A stretch of 63,580 nucleotides of DNA, filler included, from an uncultured Methanosarcinales archaeon (lineage in GTDB: Archaea > Nanobdellota > Nanobdellia > Woesearchaeales > CAYVYK01), in the NCBI GenBank assembly GCA_964455675.1. It is 5 parts of 4 records of this genome, joined end to end, with 100 filler letters (N's around TTAATTAATTAA, not from the genome) between each part and the next. Parts side by side here need not be neighbours in the genome. Positions count along the whole stretch, not along the records: positions 7,891 to 24,245 come from CAYVYK010000006.1; positions 24,346 to 39,953 come from CAYVYK010000007.1; 3 more parts are not named here. One strand, 5' to 3'. Made by a program: the position numbers and the translations under genes. Each line of letters begins with the position of its first letter. The stretch's first letter is position 1. This document shows, piece after piece, positions 18,544 to 27,908 of the stretch. The notes below the pieces were generated by a model that saw nothing but the letters and a program-made list of their open reading frames with translations, was not told the origin of the DNA and did not search any database.

Positions 18544-19851
18544 TCACGGCTTCCAGCGCAGGATTGTGCGCGGGAACGCGATCGCGTCCTTGATATTATC
18601 GAGACCGCAGATCCAGGCGACGACGCGCTCGACGCCAACGCCATACCCGCTGTGGGGAACACTGCCATACCTGCGTAGATCAAGATACCACTCATAATTT
18701 GCCGGATCCTCGCCCTGACGCCTCAGGCCATCCATCAACTGGTTGATATCAGTCTCCCTCTGACTGCCACCAACAATCTCGCCAAAGCCCTCGGGGGCGA
18801 GCATGTCAAAGCAGAGTGCGGTCTTCGGGTCTTTCGGATCAGCAGGCTTATAGAATGCCATCGCTTCTTTAGGATAATTTGTGACAACAACAGGAATGTC
18901 AAAATGCTTCATGAGGTTATCCTCCTCAATCGTCCGCAGGTCCTTGCCCCACTCCACATCCATTCCCTCCTTGTCCTTGAGGATCTCGAGCGCCTCCGTG
19001 TATGTGATTGTAGGCCAGTCCTTGGCAACCATATTCTTCAGCAGCTCCAGATCGCGGCCAAGAACCTTCAGCTCCTCCTCGTTTTCCTGGAGCACTTGAC
19101 TGACGATGAACCTAATCTCGGCCTTTGCCGTTTCCGTCAGCTCGGGAAGAGCCATCCACGCGGCTTCCATCTCCGCCATCCAGAACTCAGAAAGATGCCT
19201 GCTCGTCTTGGAACGCTCGGCGCGGAACGTCGGACCAAAATTGTAAATTTTTTCCAGCGCGAAGACCGCGGCCTCCGCGTATAACTGCCAGGACTGCGAA
19301 AGGTACGTCTTCGCCTCATAATACTTGACCTCAAAAAGAGTCGAGCCACCTTCGCACTGGCTCGGCTGTAAGATGGGAGCATCAAACTCATGATAACCAC
19401 GTTCACGGAAAAACTTGTGGATCGCACCAGCAACCGTACTCCTGATCTTCAAAATTGCGGTGAGCCTTCTGCTTCGAATCCAAAGATGCCGCTGATCAAG
19501 CAAGAACTCAGGAGATTGATCCTTGGAAATCGGGTAGGTATCAGACTTGCCGACGACATTGAAATCCTTCACATGGATCTCGAAACCTGTGGGAGCTCTC
19601 TTGTCCTCGTGGATTTCGCCATGAATCTCCATGGACGTTTCAATCTGAATGCCGTCTGCCTGCCTGAACTTTTCCTCACCGAGGGAATTCTTCTCAAGCA
19701 CGCACTGGATCGTGTTCGATACATCCCTCAGGATGATGAACTTGAGCTTGCTACTGCCACGCTCGCGGTAGACCCATCCGCGGATAGAAACATCCTGCGT
19801 GGCAACTCTCCCCTTGTCCATGGCATTCTGGATTGACAGGAATTCTGGCAT
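18544..19851 (-). CDS. asnS: Asparagine--tRNA ligase
   Basis: OB fold, CEGGSTLF, YLSQSWQLY, FRAERSKTSRHLSEFW, EIVGGSQRE, VPHSGYGVGVER. Confidence 0.95.
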   Translation of the reverse strand: MPEFLSIQNAMDKGRVATQDVSIRGWVYRERGSSKLKFIILRDVSNTIQCVLEKNSLGEEKFRQADGIQIETSMEIHGEIHEDKRAPTGFEIHVKDFNVVGKSDTYPISKDQSPEFLLDQRHLWIRSRRLTAILKIRSTVAGAIHKFFRERGYHEFDAPILQPSQCEGGSTLFEVKYYEAKTYLSQSWQLYAEAAVFALEKIYNFGPTFRAERSKTSRHLSEFWMAEMEAAWMALPELTETAKAEIRFIVSQVLQENEEELKVLGRDLELLKNMVAKDWPTITYTEALEILKDKEGMDVEWGKDLRTIEEDNLMKHFDIPVVVTNYPKEAMAFYKPADPKDPKTALCFDMLAPEGFGEIVGGSQRETDINQLMDGLRRQGEDPANYEWYLDLRRYGSVPHSGYGVGVERVVAWICGLDNIKDAIAFPRTILRWKP

Positions 19852-19954
19852 GCACACACGATTTTTCAGGGGATTAAAAACTTTGTTGTTTTCCTCGAAG
19901 AGTATTAATCTTTACACATGGGAACACGTACTCAATCCTGAATGTGTGTAAGTC

Positions 19955-21160
19955 TCACAGCAGCACATCAACCGCCGGAAGATGGCCCTGTTTCTCGACG
20001 AATTCTTGAGCAGCCCCTCCACCGGTTGAAACCCACTTGATCTTTTTCTTGAGGCCCATAAGCTCTATCGCAGCGGCAGAGTCGCCTCCGCCAACGACGG
20101 TAAAGCCCTTGCACGCGGCAACGGCCTTTCCGACCTCGTACGTTCCCTTGCGGAATGCCTCGGTCTCAAAAACACCAAGCGGTCCATTCCAGAACACGGT
20201 GTTTGCCTTCTTGATGTCTAAAGCGAATAGCGCGACCGTGCCCGCGTCAACATCGAGCACGTACGTGTCGGGAGCAGGAGAACCTTTCGCGAAATTAACC
20301 GAACCAGAAGGAACTGCAGAGGTAATCTTCGCCGCAGGATCCTTGAGCCTCCCAAGCACACCATCAACAGGAATGACGATTTTAGGGTTCTTGAGCAATT
20401 CCTTGACCTCAGGGATGAATTCCTCCTCAACCTTCGACTTGCCAACACTCTTACCGGAAGCGACGAGAAACGTGTTCGCCATGCCGCCGCCGATGAGCAC
20501 TTTCGAGAAGAGCTTGACGAGCGTCTTGATCGTGCCAATCTTGTCCTTGACCTTCGCGCCGCCAACGATAGCGACTGAGAATCCTTTGGGCTTTAGCAGC
20601 GGAGTGAGCATCTCAATTTCCTCGAGCATCTGAAGGCCAACACAGGCAGGCTTTTTCAGCTCCTGCATTCTCTTCGGAATGCCAACCATGGATGCAGAAG
20701 CGCGATGACTCACGCTGAATGCTTCATTGACAAAGATATCAGCGAACTTCGCATAGTACTCGCACAGGGCAGGATACTCAGGACTTTTTGCGTCCTCACC
20801 AGGCTCGTAGCGAATGTTCTCGAGAAGCAAGACATCACCATCCTTCATCGCTTTCAATTCAGCGTCAAAATCCCTTGTCTTTGGAACGAACGAAAGCTTC
20901 AATTTCGCAAGCTTCTGCAGCACGGGAACGACCGGCTTCAGACTTAATTTTTGGTCCTTGCCTTCCGGCCTGCCAAGATGGGAGAGCAGCACGGTCCTTG
21001 CGCCTTTAGACGCGAGGAACTTGATCGTCGGAATGGTCGCGCGAATCCTCGCGTCATCGGTGATTTGCAGCTTGTCGTCGAGAGGCACATCGTAGCCAAC
21101 CCTGACGAGAACGACCTTGCCCTTGAGGGCCTTCATTTGTTTTATTGAGCGGATTGCCAT
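19955..21160 (-). CDS. pgk: Phosphoglycerate kinase
   Basis: SHLGRP, LLENIRY, GGAKVKDK, WNGPLGVFE, GGGDS, STGGGA; start taken at ATG 21160. Confidence 0.97.
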   Translation of the reverse strand: MAIRSIKQMKALKGKVVLVRVGYDVPLDDKLQITDDARIRATIPTIKFLASKGARTVLLSHLGRPEGKDQKLSLKPVVPVLQKLAKLKLSFVPKTRDFDAELKAMKDGDVLLLENIRYEPGEDAKSPEYPALCEYYAKFADIFVNEAFSVSHRASASMVGIPKRMQELKKPACVGLQMLEEIEMLTPLLKPKGFSVAIVGGAKVKDKIGTIKTLVKLFSKVLIGGGMANTFLVASGKSVGKSKVEEEFIPEVKELLKNPKIVIPVDGVLGRLKDPAAKITSAVPSGSVNFAKGSPAPDTYVLDVDAGTVALFALDIKKANTVFWNGPLGVFETEAFRKGTYEVGKAVAACKGFTVVGGGDSAAAIELMGLKKKIKWVSTGGGAAQEFVEKQGHLPAVDVLL

Positions 21161-21266
21161 ACAGGGATTTGCTGGAAGTTGGTATATAATTGTTATGCTA
21201 CAAGACCTGCAAATTGAAAAAATCCGCAACCAAACCTTTATTAAATAAATCTGCATCATACCCTAG

Positions 21267-21581
21267 ATGCTGTTTTTCACGATCGAAGACAAGGGAAGTT
21301 ACATCTACTTCAAAAGGAAAAAGTTCACCTATCCTGCAGCAATTGCCATCGTCGCCATCCTCGCCGTACTGATGCCTCTTGCAGGAGTCTTTGTACGCGG
21401 CAGTGCGTTTGTAGCGTTTCTCGTGGTTCTTCCTTTTGCACTCATTATCGCGGGAGTATGGATTGGCGTTGAAGGAAGCATTACCAGCACGAAAATCGGC
21501 CGCTACCGAAAAGCAGGCAAGAAAATAGAGTATGAAACCGGAAAGGAAGTCGGGATATCGGGAGTAAAAGTGTATAAATAA
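21267..21581 (+). CDS. Small two-TM membrane protein
   Basis: ATG ORF divergent from pgk, TATA-like TTTATTAAATA upstream. Confidence 0.65.
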   Translation: MLFFTIEDKGSYIYFKRKKFTYPAAIAIVAILAVLMPLAGVFVRGSAFVAFLVVLPFALIIAGVWIGVEGSITSTKIGRYRKAGKKIEYETGKEVGISGVKVYK

Positions 21582-21636
21582 TTCTTGCACGATTATCGGG
21601 CGATGTCTGTCAAGCATCATTTCGTTTTGCAGCATC

Positions 21637-21830
21637 ATTATTACGAGCCTTTCAGCAAGCCCTGTCCGCAAAATATACCGCTCTGGTTTATCACGAGCCT
21701 TCGGCGATCCCTGTTCGAGTAGGGATACTCTAAAAGGATAAGAAATCACTCATAACATTATTGCGAGCCTTCGGCGAGCCCTGTTCCTTATACAACGCGC
21801 TTGGAACAGGGCATGTGTTCGTGGGAACAG
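21637..21830 (+). repeat. Cluster of three family A repeats
   Basis: (A/G)CGAGCCTTCGGCGAGCCCTGTTC variants at ~21643, ~21693 and ~21763; the last is followed by the CCCTGTTCC..GGAACAGGG hairpin. Confidence 0.88.
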
Positions 21831-21956
21831 TTACTCCAACGCTGTCGTACGTCCATGCTTTCATGATACTGCTCCCCTGACTCCAGGGTGCATATCCACT
21901 GATGCATGGGCTATTCGTTCGAAAGGTATTTAAGCCATCTTTGGGTTTTCTTCTGT

Positions 21957-23450
21957 ATGGACGACAGAACCAAGATCATCATCTGGGCGGTTATCATTCT
22001 CCTTGTGTACGCCCTCAACGTGAACGATAATCTTGGCGTTACAGTGGATCATGCTGAGTACATGATCTTCGCGGAATCACTCTTCGAAGGTCACGGGTAC
22101 CGGTATATCAACACATACACAGAGCAACCCGGATTCTCATCACTACCGCCCCTGTATTCGGCATTCATCGCGCCACTACTCGTCTTTGGAATGCATTTCT
22201 TCGTGCCAAAGATCCTCAACATACTGCTCATCCTTGTTATGCTGTGGTTCTACTACCGGTGGCTGCAAGAAAAGAAGGTGCTCTATCCGCTGCATCTCAC
22301 TATACTTTTCGCGCTTCTGCCGTTCACAATCTTTTTCGTCGTGAATATCCAAAGTGAAATCCTCTATGTTGCACTGTCATTCCTTGCGATCTACCTCCTC
22401 GACAAATCTGCAGAACGTCCTCGCATGCTGTGGCTTGCAGCACTCTGCGCGTACGCAGCATACATGACGCGGCCAGTAGGACTTGCCGCGATTACAGCAG
22501 TGCTCGTCTATTCCGTTATCCTCGTCCGCAGAAAGAAACACTCGGCACGGCACACCGCGCTCGTGATCGGAACGCTCATTGCCGTACTTGTCGCGACCCA
22601 CGTATTTATCGCGTGGTATGACCCAACGCCATCAGCCGCGTGGAGCAGGCTCCTCCTCAAAGACAATTACCGACCAGAACTAGGATACGTCACCGCCGGA
22701 GATCTGCTCCTCCGCATCCCGAGCAACTTCTTCGGATACCTTGGATTCAGTCTCGCGCGGGACACGCAAAGAATTGGCATGGACGGCTTTGGAATCATCC
22801 TACCAGTATACATCGCACTCAACCTGATCGTCATTGCGCTCTGCATCGTCGGAATCTTCCGGTCAAAGAAAACTAGCTCCGCGGCATGGTACCTACTGTT
22901 TTATCTCCCCATCCTGCTCCTGTTCGTGTGGACAAGCTATCGCTACCTCTATCCACTCTTTCCATTCCTGCTATTCTACCTGATGAACGGAACAGAAACT
23001 ATCCTCCAGCGATGGAAGAGACAAGCACTCACATCGCTACGCTACATCCTGTCCGTCGGTATCGGATTATGTGTGATCTTCTCGTGCTACCTTATCTACT
23101 ACCATCACGGCCACGACTACACACCGGAATGGAATGGCTTAGAAGAGACAAGCAGATGGGCCGGCGAGAACTTACAAGGCGCCAAAATCATGGCGCAGAA
23201 CTGCGACTTCTTCTACCTGCACTCAGGGCTGAAATGCACGCCGATGAACCTTGAAATGAACGTTGAATCAATTGAATCACAGATCCGGGAGGGAGGTTAT
23301 ACGCACGTCGTTGTAACATCGGTTGCGACGACCAAATTGCTCGTGACAGGAACGGACCCGCGCGCCGCGTTCCGAGAGCATTTCGCCCAATCCAGATTCT
23401 ATCAGTTGGTTCATGAAAACCAGGGAACCTTTGTCTATGCCGCTCATTAA
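21957..23450 (+). CDS. GT-C (ArnT/PMT-like) membrane glycosyltransferase
   Basis: D..EY..AESL..G.GY, PPLYS, SEILY, MTRPVG and RYLYPLFP motifs; many TM segments. Confidence 0.85.
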   Translation: MDDRTKIIIWAVIILLVYALNVNDNLGVTVDHAEYMIFAESLFEGHGYRYINTYTEQPGFSSLPPLYSAFIAPLLVFGMHFFVPKILNILLILVMLWFYYRWLQEKKVLYPLHLTILFALLPFTIFFVVNIQSEILYVALSFLAIYLLDKSAERPRMLWLAALCAYAAYMTRPVGLAAITAVLVYSVILVRRKKHSARHTALVIGTLIAVLVATHVFIAWYDPTPSAAWSRLLLKDNYRPELGYVTAGDLLLRIPSNFFGYLGFSLARDTQRIGMDGFGIILPVYIALNLIVIALCIVGIFRSKKTSSAAWYLLFYLPILLLFVWTSYRYLYPLFPFLLFYLMNGTETILQRWKRQALTSLRYILSVGIGLCVIFSCYLIYYHHGHDYTPEWNGLEETSRWAGENLQGAKIMAQNCDFFYLHSGLKCTPMNLEMNVESIESQIREGGYTHVVVTSVATTKLLVTGTDPRAAFREHFAQSRFYQLVHENQGTFVYAAH

Positions 23451-24211
23451 TCATCAAGCTTCCAACCATACATGTTGAGCAATTTGCGAGCCTCATTAGG
23501 TAATATCTTTGCCTCCGGATCATACCATCCGTCAATACAGAGTAACGCATACTTTACAGCTGCCATATTCGTCGGGTAATCACCTTTCCAGTACTCAATC
23601 AAGTGATGACGGTTCGCAATTTCGACAGGCAAACCAACACCCTCCTCAAACAATCGCACCCGCTCCTCCCGACTTTTTTCACTAAACCTTTGTTGAGATA
23701 GTCTTGAAACCACTGCTTCAAGCGACTTCCCTCGGTGATGTTCACAGAGCAAAAGGATATACCTATCATACATCTTCTCAGCTTCTGATACCACTCTCGA
23801 AGCAAATTCATCATTCAACTCCTTGTAATACCTTTCTGTTCCCGCCAGGGATTCCAATTCCACTACTGTCATTCTGTCCGGTCCATGGCGAGTTATTTTC
23901 ACCACATCACCGCATTTCCTTTGTATTGAAAGCGTTGTTGTATAGTCAGAAGCTCCAGGCCACCAACCATCTTTGCGTTTGAGATCAATGATTTCATCGC
24001 CAATCTTGCACGTATAGTCTTGAAGTAACCTTCCGTCCGTCCAGGGATCCGAAAAAAGACCATTTGACCATCCAACGGAAAGATCCCCAAAAATCCGAAC
24101 AACACCATTTGATTCCTCTATCTTGTACTGGGAAGCCAGGCATCCCCCTAGTCGGTAGGCTCCAAGCATGGCAAAGCCGGCGATTAGCCATCTCAATCCT
24201 CTGCGACGCAA
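23447..24211 (-). CDS. Hypothetical protein with N-terminal signal/anchor
   Basis: 254-codon ORF; start uncertain (near contig end). Confidence 0.6.
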   Translation of the reverse strand: MRRRGLRWLIAGFAMLGAYRLGGCLASQYKIEESNGVVRIFGDLSVGWSNGLFSDPWTDGRLLQDYTCKIGDEIIDLKRKDGWWPGASDYTTTLSIQRKCGDVVKITRHGPDRMTVVELESLAGTERYYKELNDEFASRVVSEAEKMYDRYILLLCEHHRGKSLEAVVSRLSQQRFSEKSREERVRLFEEGVGLPVEIANRHHLIEYWKGDYPTNMAAVKYALLCIDGWYDPEAKILPNEARKLLNMYGWKLDD

Positions 24212-24245
24212 TTCTGTACCGCAATTACCACAAAATCTCCCCAGC

Positions 24246-24345
24246 NNNNNNNNNNNNNNNNNNNNNNNNNNNNNNNNNNNNNNNNNNNNTTAATTAATTA
24301 ANNNNNNNNNNNNNNNNNNNNNNNNNNNNNNNNNNNNNNNNNNNN
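24246..24345. other. Artificial contig linker
   Basis: N44-TTAATTAATTAA-N44. Confidence 0.97.
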
Positions 24346-24435
24346 CGGAGAAGACCGGCGGCGACCTGCCCACGTAACACCACACCGGGCGACACGTGTC
24401 ACCTGGCGTTGCACAATCTGACAACACTGGCGCGG

Positions 24436-24454
24436 AAGGAGACTTGCGATGTAG
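24436..24454 (+). promoter_or_regulatory. SD + ATG-TAG start-stop minimal ORF
   Basis: AAGGAG-ACTTGCG-ATG-TAG; same 7-nt spacing as the three copies at 33678-33816. Confidence 0.55.
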
Positions 24455-24478
24455 ACACTTAGTTCTGCGGTGGAAGAT

Positions 24479-24515
24479 GGGGTCTTCGCGTGCGTTGCGC
24501 GAAGACCCCTGTTTT
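24479..24515 (+). terminator. Terminator/attenuator-like hairpin in the ABC operon leader
   Basis: GGGGTCTTCGCG-TGCGTTG-CGCGAAGACCCC-TGTTTT. Confidence 0.7.
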
Positions 24516-24554
24516 GACAGGAACAGACATTTCTGGAACTATGGAGAATCACTC

Positions 24555-25769
24555 ATGAAGAAGTCACTCATTGGCATTGCGATCACTTGCATTCTGATGG
24601 TCACTACCGGCGCGCACGCCGTCGTCAAGCACGCGTGGAGCGAGTACCCCAGCTGGAGCGTGTACGGCGTCGCGGAGCTCATCCAGATCGATGGGAAGCC
24701 AATCATCGATGGTGCGGAGGGCAAGCGCGGGTACGTCGAGGACGTCTGGAACGTGGACATCGAGAACACGTTCAAGGACTACGACGGGTGCCTGCAGGTG
24801 TACAGCACCGGCGTCGTGGACAGCGTGAACATCACGAACCTCGACATCCTGTCGAGCTGCCAGAACCGCAAGAGCGTCGTGTACCTCCTGACGAGCACGA
24901 GCTTTGGCGCGGACGCGGTCATCGTGCAGAAGCATATCACGGACCTTGAGCAGCTGCGCACGACGAAGACCGGCGTTGCTGTGAAGGGCCTTCGGAAAAC
25001 CGTGACCGAGCAGATGTACCGCGGATGCCTGCGGGCGCGCAACGTCGCGAGCCCCCTGCAGTTCAAGATGGAAAACCTCGACCCCGCGGAAGCCGCGAAG
25101 AACATCATCATGGACGTGCAGAACGGCGGCGGCCCGAAGACGGACCACCAGGCGATCGGCGTCTGGAATCCGTTCACGATGACGACGCTCATCGAAGGAC
25201 AGAAATACGGCGTCCACGTGCTGTGCGACAGCACGGAAATCCCGGGCGAGATCATCGACATGGGCGTGATGAGCCTCGAGAAGGCCCAGACCGAAGAAGG
25301 CCAGCGGGCGATGTGCGCGCTTGCCCATGCGTACTACCTCGTGTGCCAGCAGCTCGCAAACCCGGCGACACAGGAACGGACGCTCGTTCAGCTCGCCGAG
25401 AAATTCTCGCGAAGCCTTGATGCCAAGAAGATGGAAACGGTCGTCCGGCAGACGCGCTTCTATGCGACGCCCGAGGAAGGCATCACCACGATGACCGGCG
25501 GTATCGTGTTCCCGTGGCAGAAGACCGTCGCGGACACGAGCACACTCTTCAACGGCAAGGGCTTCGACAAGGGCTTCAAGGGCGTGACGACGAAGACGCT
25601 CAAGGATATCATGGAAGGCCAGGGCGGTGTCGTGGACTTCGCATTGAGCATTCGGCTCATCGAGCCTGGCGCTCCGCTGAAGATCCACTACGGTCAGTTC
25701 GACGCGAATGCCCACTTGTCGTTTGACCCGCAGTTCATGCAGCGGGCCGCGAACAAGCTCGGGAAGTAA
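24555..25769 (+). CDS. NitT/TauT-family ABC transporter substrate-binding protein
   Basis: Signal peptide, AWSEYPSW, DY..C...Y, ITNLD, S.GADA, VWNPF, DSTEIPGEIID; SD GGAG. Confidence 0.8.
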   Translation: MKKSLIGIAITCILMVTTGAHAVVKHAWSEYPSWSVYGVAELIQIDGKPIIDGAEGKRGYVEDVWNVDIENTFKDYDGCLQVYSTGVVDSVNITNLDILSSCQNRKSVVYLLTSTSFGADAVIVQKHITDLEQLRTTKTGVAVKGLRKTVTEQMYRGCLRARNVASPLQFKMENLDPAEAAKNIIMDVQNGGGPKTDHQAIGVWNPFTMTTLIEGQKYGVHVLCDSTEIPGEIIDMGVMSLEKAQTEEGQRAMCALAHAYYLVCQQLANPATQERTLVQLAEKFSRSLDAKKMETVVRQTRFYATPEEGITTMTGGIVFPWQKTVADTSTLFNGKGFDKGFKGVTTKTLKDIMEGQGGVVDFALSIRLIEPGAPLKIHYGQFDANAHLSFDPQFMQRAANKLGK

Positions 25770-25876
25770 CTGCGTCCCGTCGCAACGACGGCAATGCACC
25801 TATGCCTGTGACTCGGCCAACCATGGCCGAGTCACGGGCCAGCATTGAGCAAAGGCAATCTACAGGAGAATTCCAA

Positions 25877-26689
25877 ATGATCCGACAACCGATCAGCAGG
25901 AAACGCACCATCGCGCTCGGCATGCTGTCGGTCGCGATGCTCGTCGGAGGCTACTGGTACCTCTCGTACCGGCAGCACCAGAAGAATCCCGACGACAAGA
26001 CCGTGCCAACATTCACACAGCTCTACCAGGGCGTCATCAAGGCAATCGAGATGGATGACCTGGACCAGGAACGGTGGATCGTGGTGGATGGGAAGGCAAC
26101 CCTCAAGCGGCTCACGCTCGGGCTTGCCATCGGATGGTTCCTTGGCCTCCTCATGGGAACGCTCATGGGTGTGAACGACTCCCTGCGTGCGTTCTTCTTC
26201 CCGCCAAACATCCTCTCAACGAAGATGATCCCAACCGCGATGATGGCGATCTTCATCATCATGGTGGGAGTGAAGCTCAAGCTGTACGTCACCGTGATCG
26301 CGTTCGGCATCACGGCGGCGTTCGCGCTCGCGCTCTCGGAAGCACTGCGGGACGTCAAGAAGGAGCAGCAGCACACGGCAGAATCACTCGGCGCAACTGA
26401 TGCTGAAGTCGTGGTGAGCTTCATGCTGCCGCTCGTGCTGCCACAGATCATCAACCTCATCCGGTGGAGCATTGGGCCCGCGCTTATCTTCCTTGTCGCG
26501 ATGGAATACACATTCGCGAACGAGGGATTTGGCTTTCGGCTGCGCGTGTGCCCGAGGCTCTTTACCTACAACGTCATGTACGTGTACGTGGCTATCATTG
26601 CCGCGGCAGGATTCCTCGCAGACCTCAGCTTGCAGGGCCTGATGCGGTGGTGGTGTCCGTGGCACCTTGGGAAACGGAGGTCGTCATGA
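25877..26689 (+). CDS. NitT/TauT ABC transporter permease
   Basis: TLKRL, IPTAMM, EAA-like AESLGA loop, LVAME...GFGFR; SD AGGAG. Confidence 0.9.
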   Translation: MIRQPISRKRTIALGMLSVAMLVGGYWYLSYRQHQKNPDDKTVPTFTQLYQGVIKAIEMDDLDQERWIVVDGKATLKRLTLGLAIGWFLGLLMGTLMGVNDSLRAFFFPPNILSTKMIPTAMMAIFIIMVGVKLKLYVTVIAFGITAAFALALSEALRDVKKEQQHTAESLGATDAEVVVSFMLPLVLPQIINLIRWSIGPALIFLVAMEYTFANEGFGFRLRVCPRLFTYNVMYVYVAIIAAAGFLADLSLQGLMRWWCPWHLGKRRSS

Positions 26690-27906
26690 ACGGAAGACGC
26701 GAAAGCGACCACGTGGTGCTCACGGCAAGGAACGTGAATCACTGGTTCCGCAATCCTGACGGCACCCGGAAACACGTCCTGTACGACGTGAACCTCGAGG
26801 TGCCTCAGGGACAAGTGCTCGCCATCGTCGGGCCGAGCGGCGGCGGCAAGAGCACACTCATCAACTGCATCCTCGGTATCCTGCGGCCACAGAATGGCGA
26901 GATCATCCTGCACCGGAAAATGCCGGACGGCACGGTGCAGAACACCCTCGTACGCAACCCATCGCGGGACGTGGGCATCGTGTGGCAGCAGTACGCGCTC
27001 ACGGACAACCTGAAGGCGCAGGAAGACGTCGCGCTCGGGCCGAAGTTCGACCAGACGAGCCTGACGTACCGCAGCCTCGGCATCCTGTGGTGGGCGGTGA
27101 TCGGAATGCTCTTCTGGCTCCGTCGCAAGATCAGCTGGTGCCGGGTTCGGACACTGGGCAGGTTCTCGAGCATCCTCGAGCAGGAACCGATGGGTGCGCT
27201 TTACGCGAGCATCCTCACACCGATCTTCAGCGCGAAGGTTTGGCAAGAGGTTGTTCCACCGGCGATTGCCCGAGGCAAGCAACCCTGGTATAAGTCCTAC
27301 CAGTGGCGCAGACTCCGGCGGCAACACCTTGCTGAAGCGATCGAGCTCCTCAAAAAGCTCGGCCTCGAAGATGCGGTCGGCAAGTATCCGCACGAGCTGT
27401 CCGGCGGTATGAAGCAGCGCGTCGCGATCGCGCGGGCGCTCAACATGAAGCCCAAGATCCTGCTCATGGACGAGCCTTTCTCGGCAGTAGACCAGACGAC
27501 GCGCATCAAGCTCCAGAGTCTGATCATGACACTGTACCAAGAGAACCAGCAGGCGCTCGAACGCGGCGAGGATCCACCGCACACGGTGATCATCATCACG
27601 CACGAGCTCACGGAGGCGATCCTCGTCGGGTGCAGGGTTGCTGGCGTCTCGAAGTACTTCAAGCGCACTCCCGAGGACGAGAAGGACCCAAGGTCCAAGG
27701 GAGCGTCAACCATCGTGTACGATGCTGCAGCGCCGGTGTTTCGTCCCGACGTCGAGCGGGATGCAACTCTCTACCAGCAGTTCGGAGTGCAGCGCGCCGA
27801 GATCGAACGCACCGTGTTCTGTGATGACCCCTCGAAGTGGCCTCTGCGAGGGGAGGGCATCAGGTATTTCGACGAGGTCAAGCGTGTCCTTGTGGAAGAG
27901 AGGTGA
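26686..27906 (+). CDS. ABC transporter ATP-binding protein with internal insertion
   Basis: GPSGGGKST, Q-loop VWQ, LSGGMKQR, LMDEPF, ITH; ATGA overlap with the permease. Confidence 0.93.
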   Translation: MNGRRESDHVVLTARNVNHWFRNPDGTRKHVLYDVNLEVPQGQVLAIVGPSGGGKSTLINCILGILRPQNGEIILHRKMPDGTVQNTLVRNPSRDVGIVWQQYALTDNLKAQEDVALGPKFDQTSLTYRSLGILWWAVIGMLFWLRRKISWCRVRTLGRFSSILEQEPMGALYASILTPIFSAKVWQEVVPPAIARGKQPWYKSYQWRRLRRQHLAEAIELLKKLGLEDAVGKYPHELSGGMKQRVAIARALNMKPKILLMDEPFSAVDQTTRIKLQSLIMTLYQENQQALERGEDPPHTVIIITHELTEAILVGCRVAGVSKYFKRTPEDEKDPRSKGASTIVYDAAAPVFRPDVERDATLYQQFGVQRAEIERTVFCDDPSKWPLRGEGIRYFDEVKRVLVEER

Positions 27907-27908
27907 TC

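Noticed and set aside
24346..24377. A further degenerate start-stop unit (ACG-TAA)
   Set aside because: Reads better as the 3' end of a truncated upstream CDS (..EKTGGDLPT*) in island codon usage.
24380..24554. Known guanidine riboswitch upstream of the NitT/TauT transporter
   Set aside because: I could not identify guanidine-I, -II or -III consensus elements by eye; an Rfam scan would settle it.
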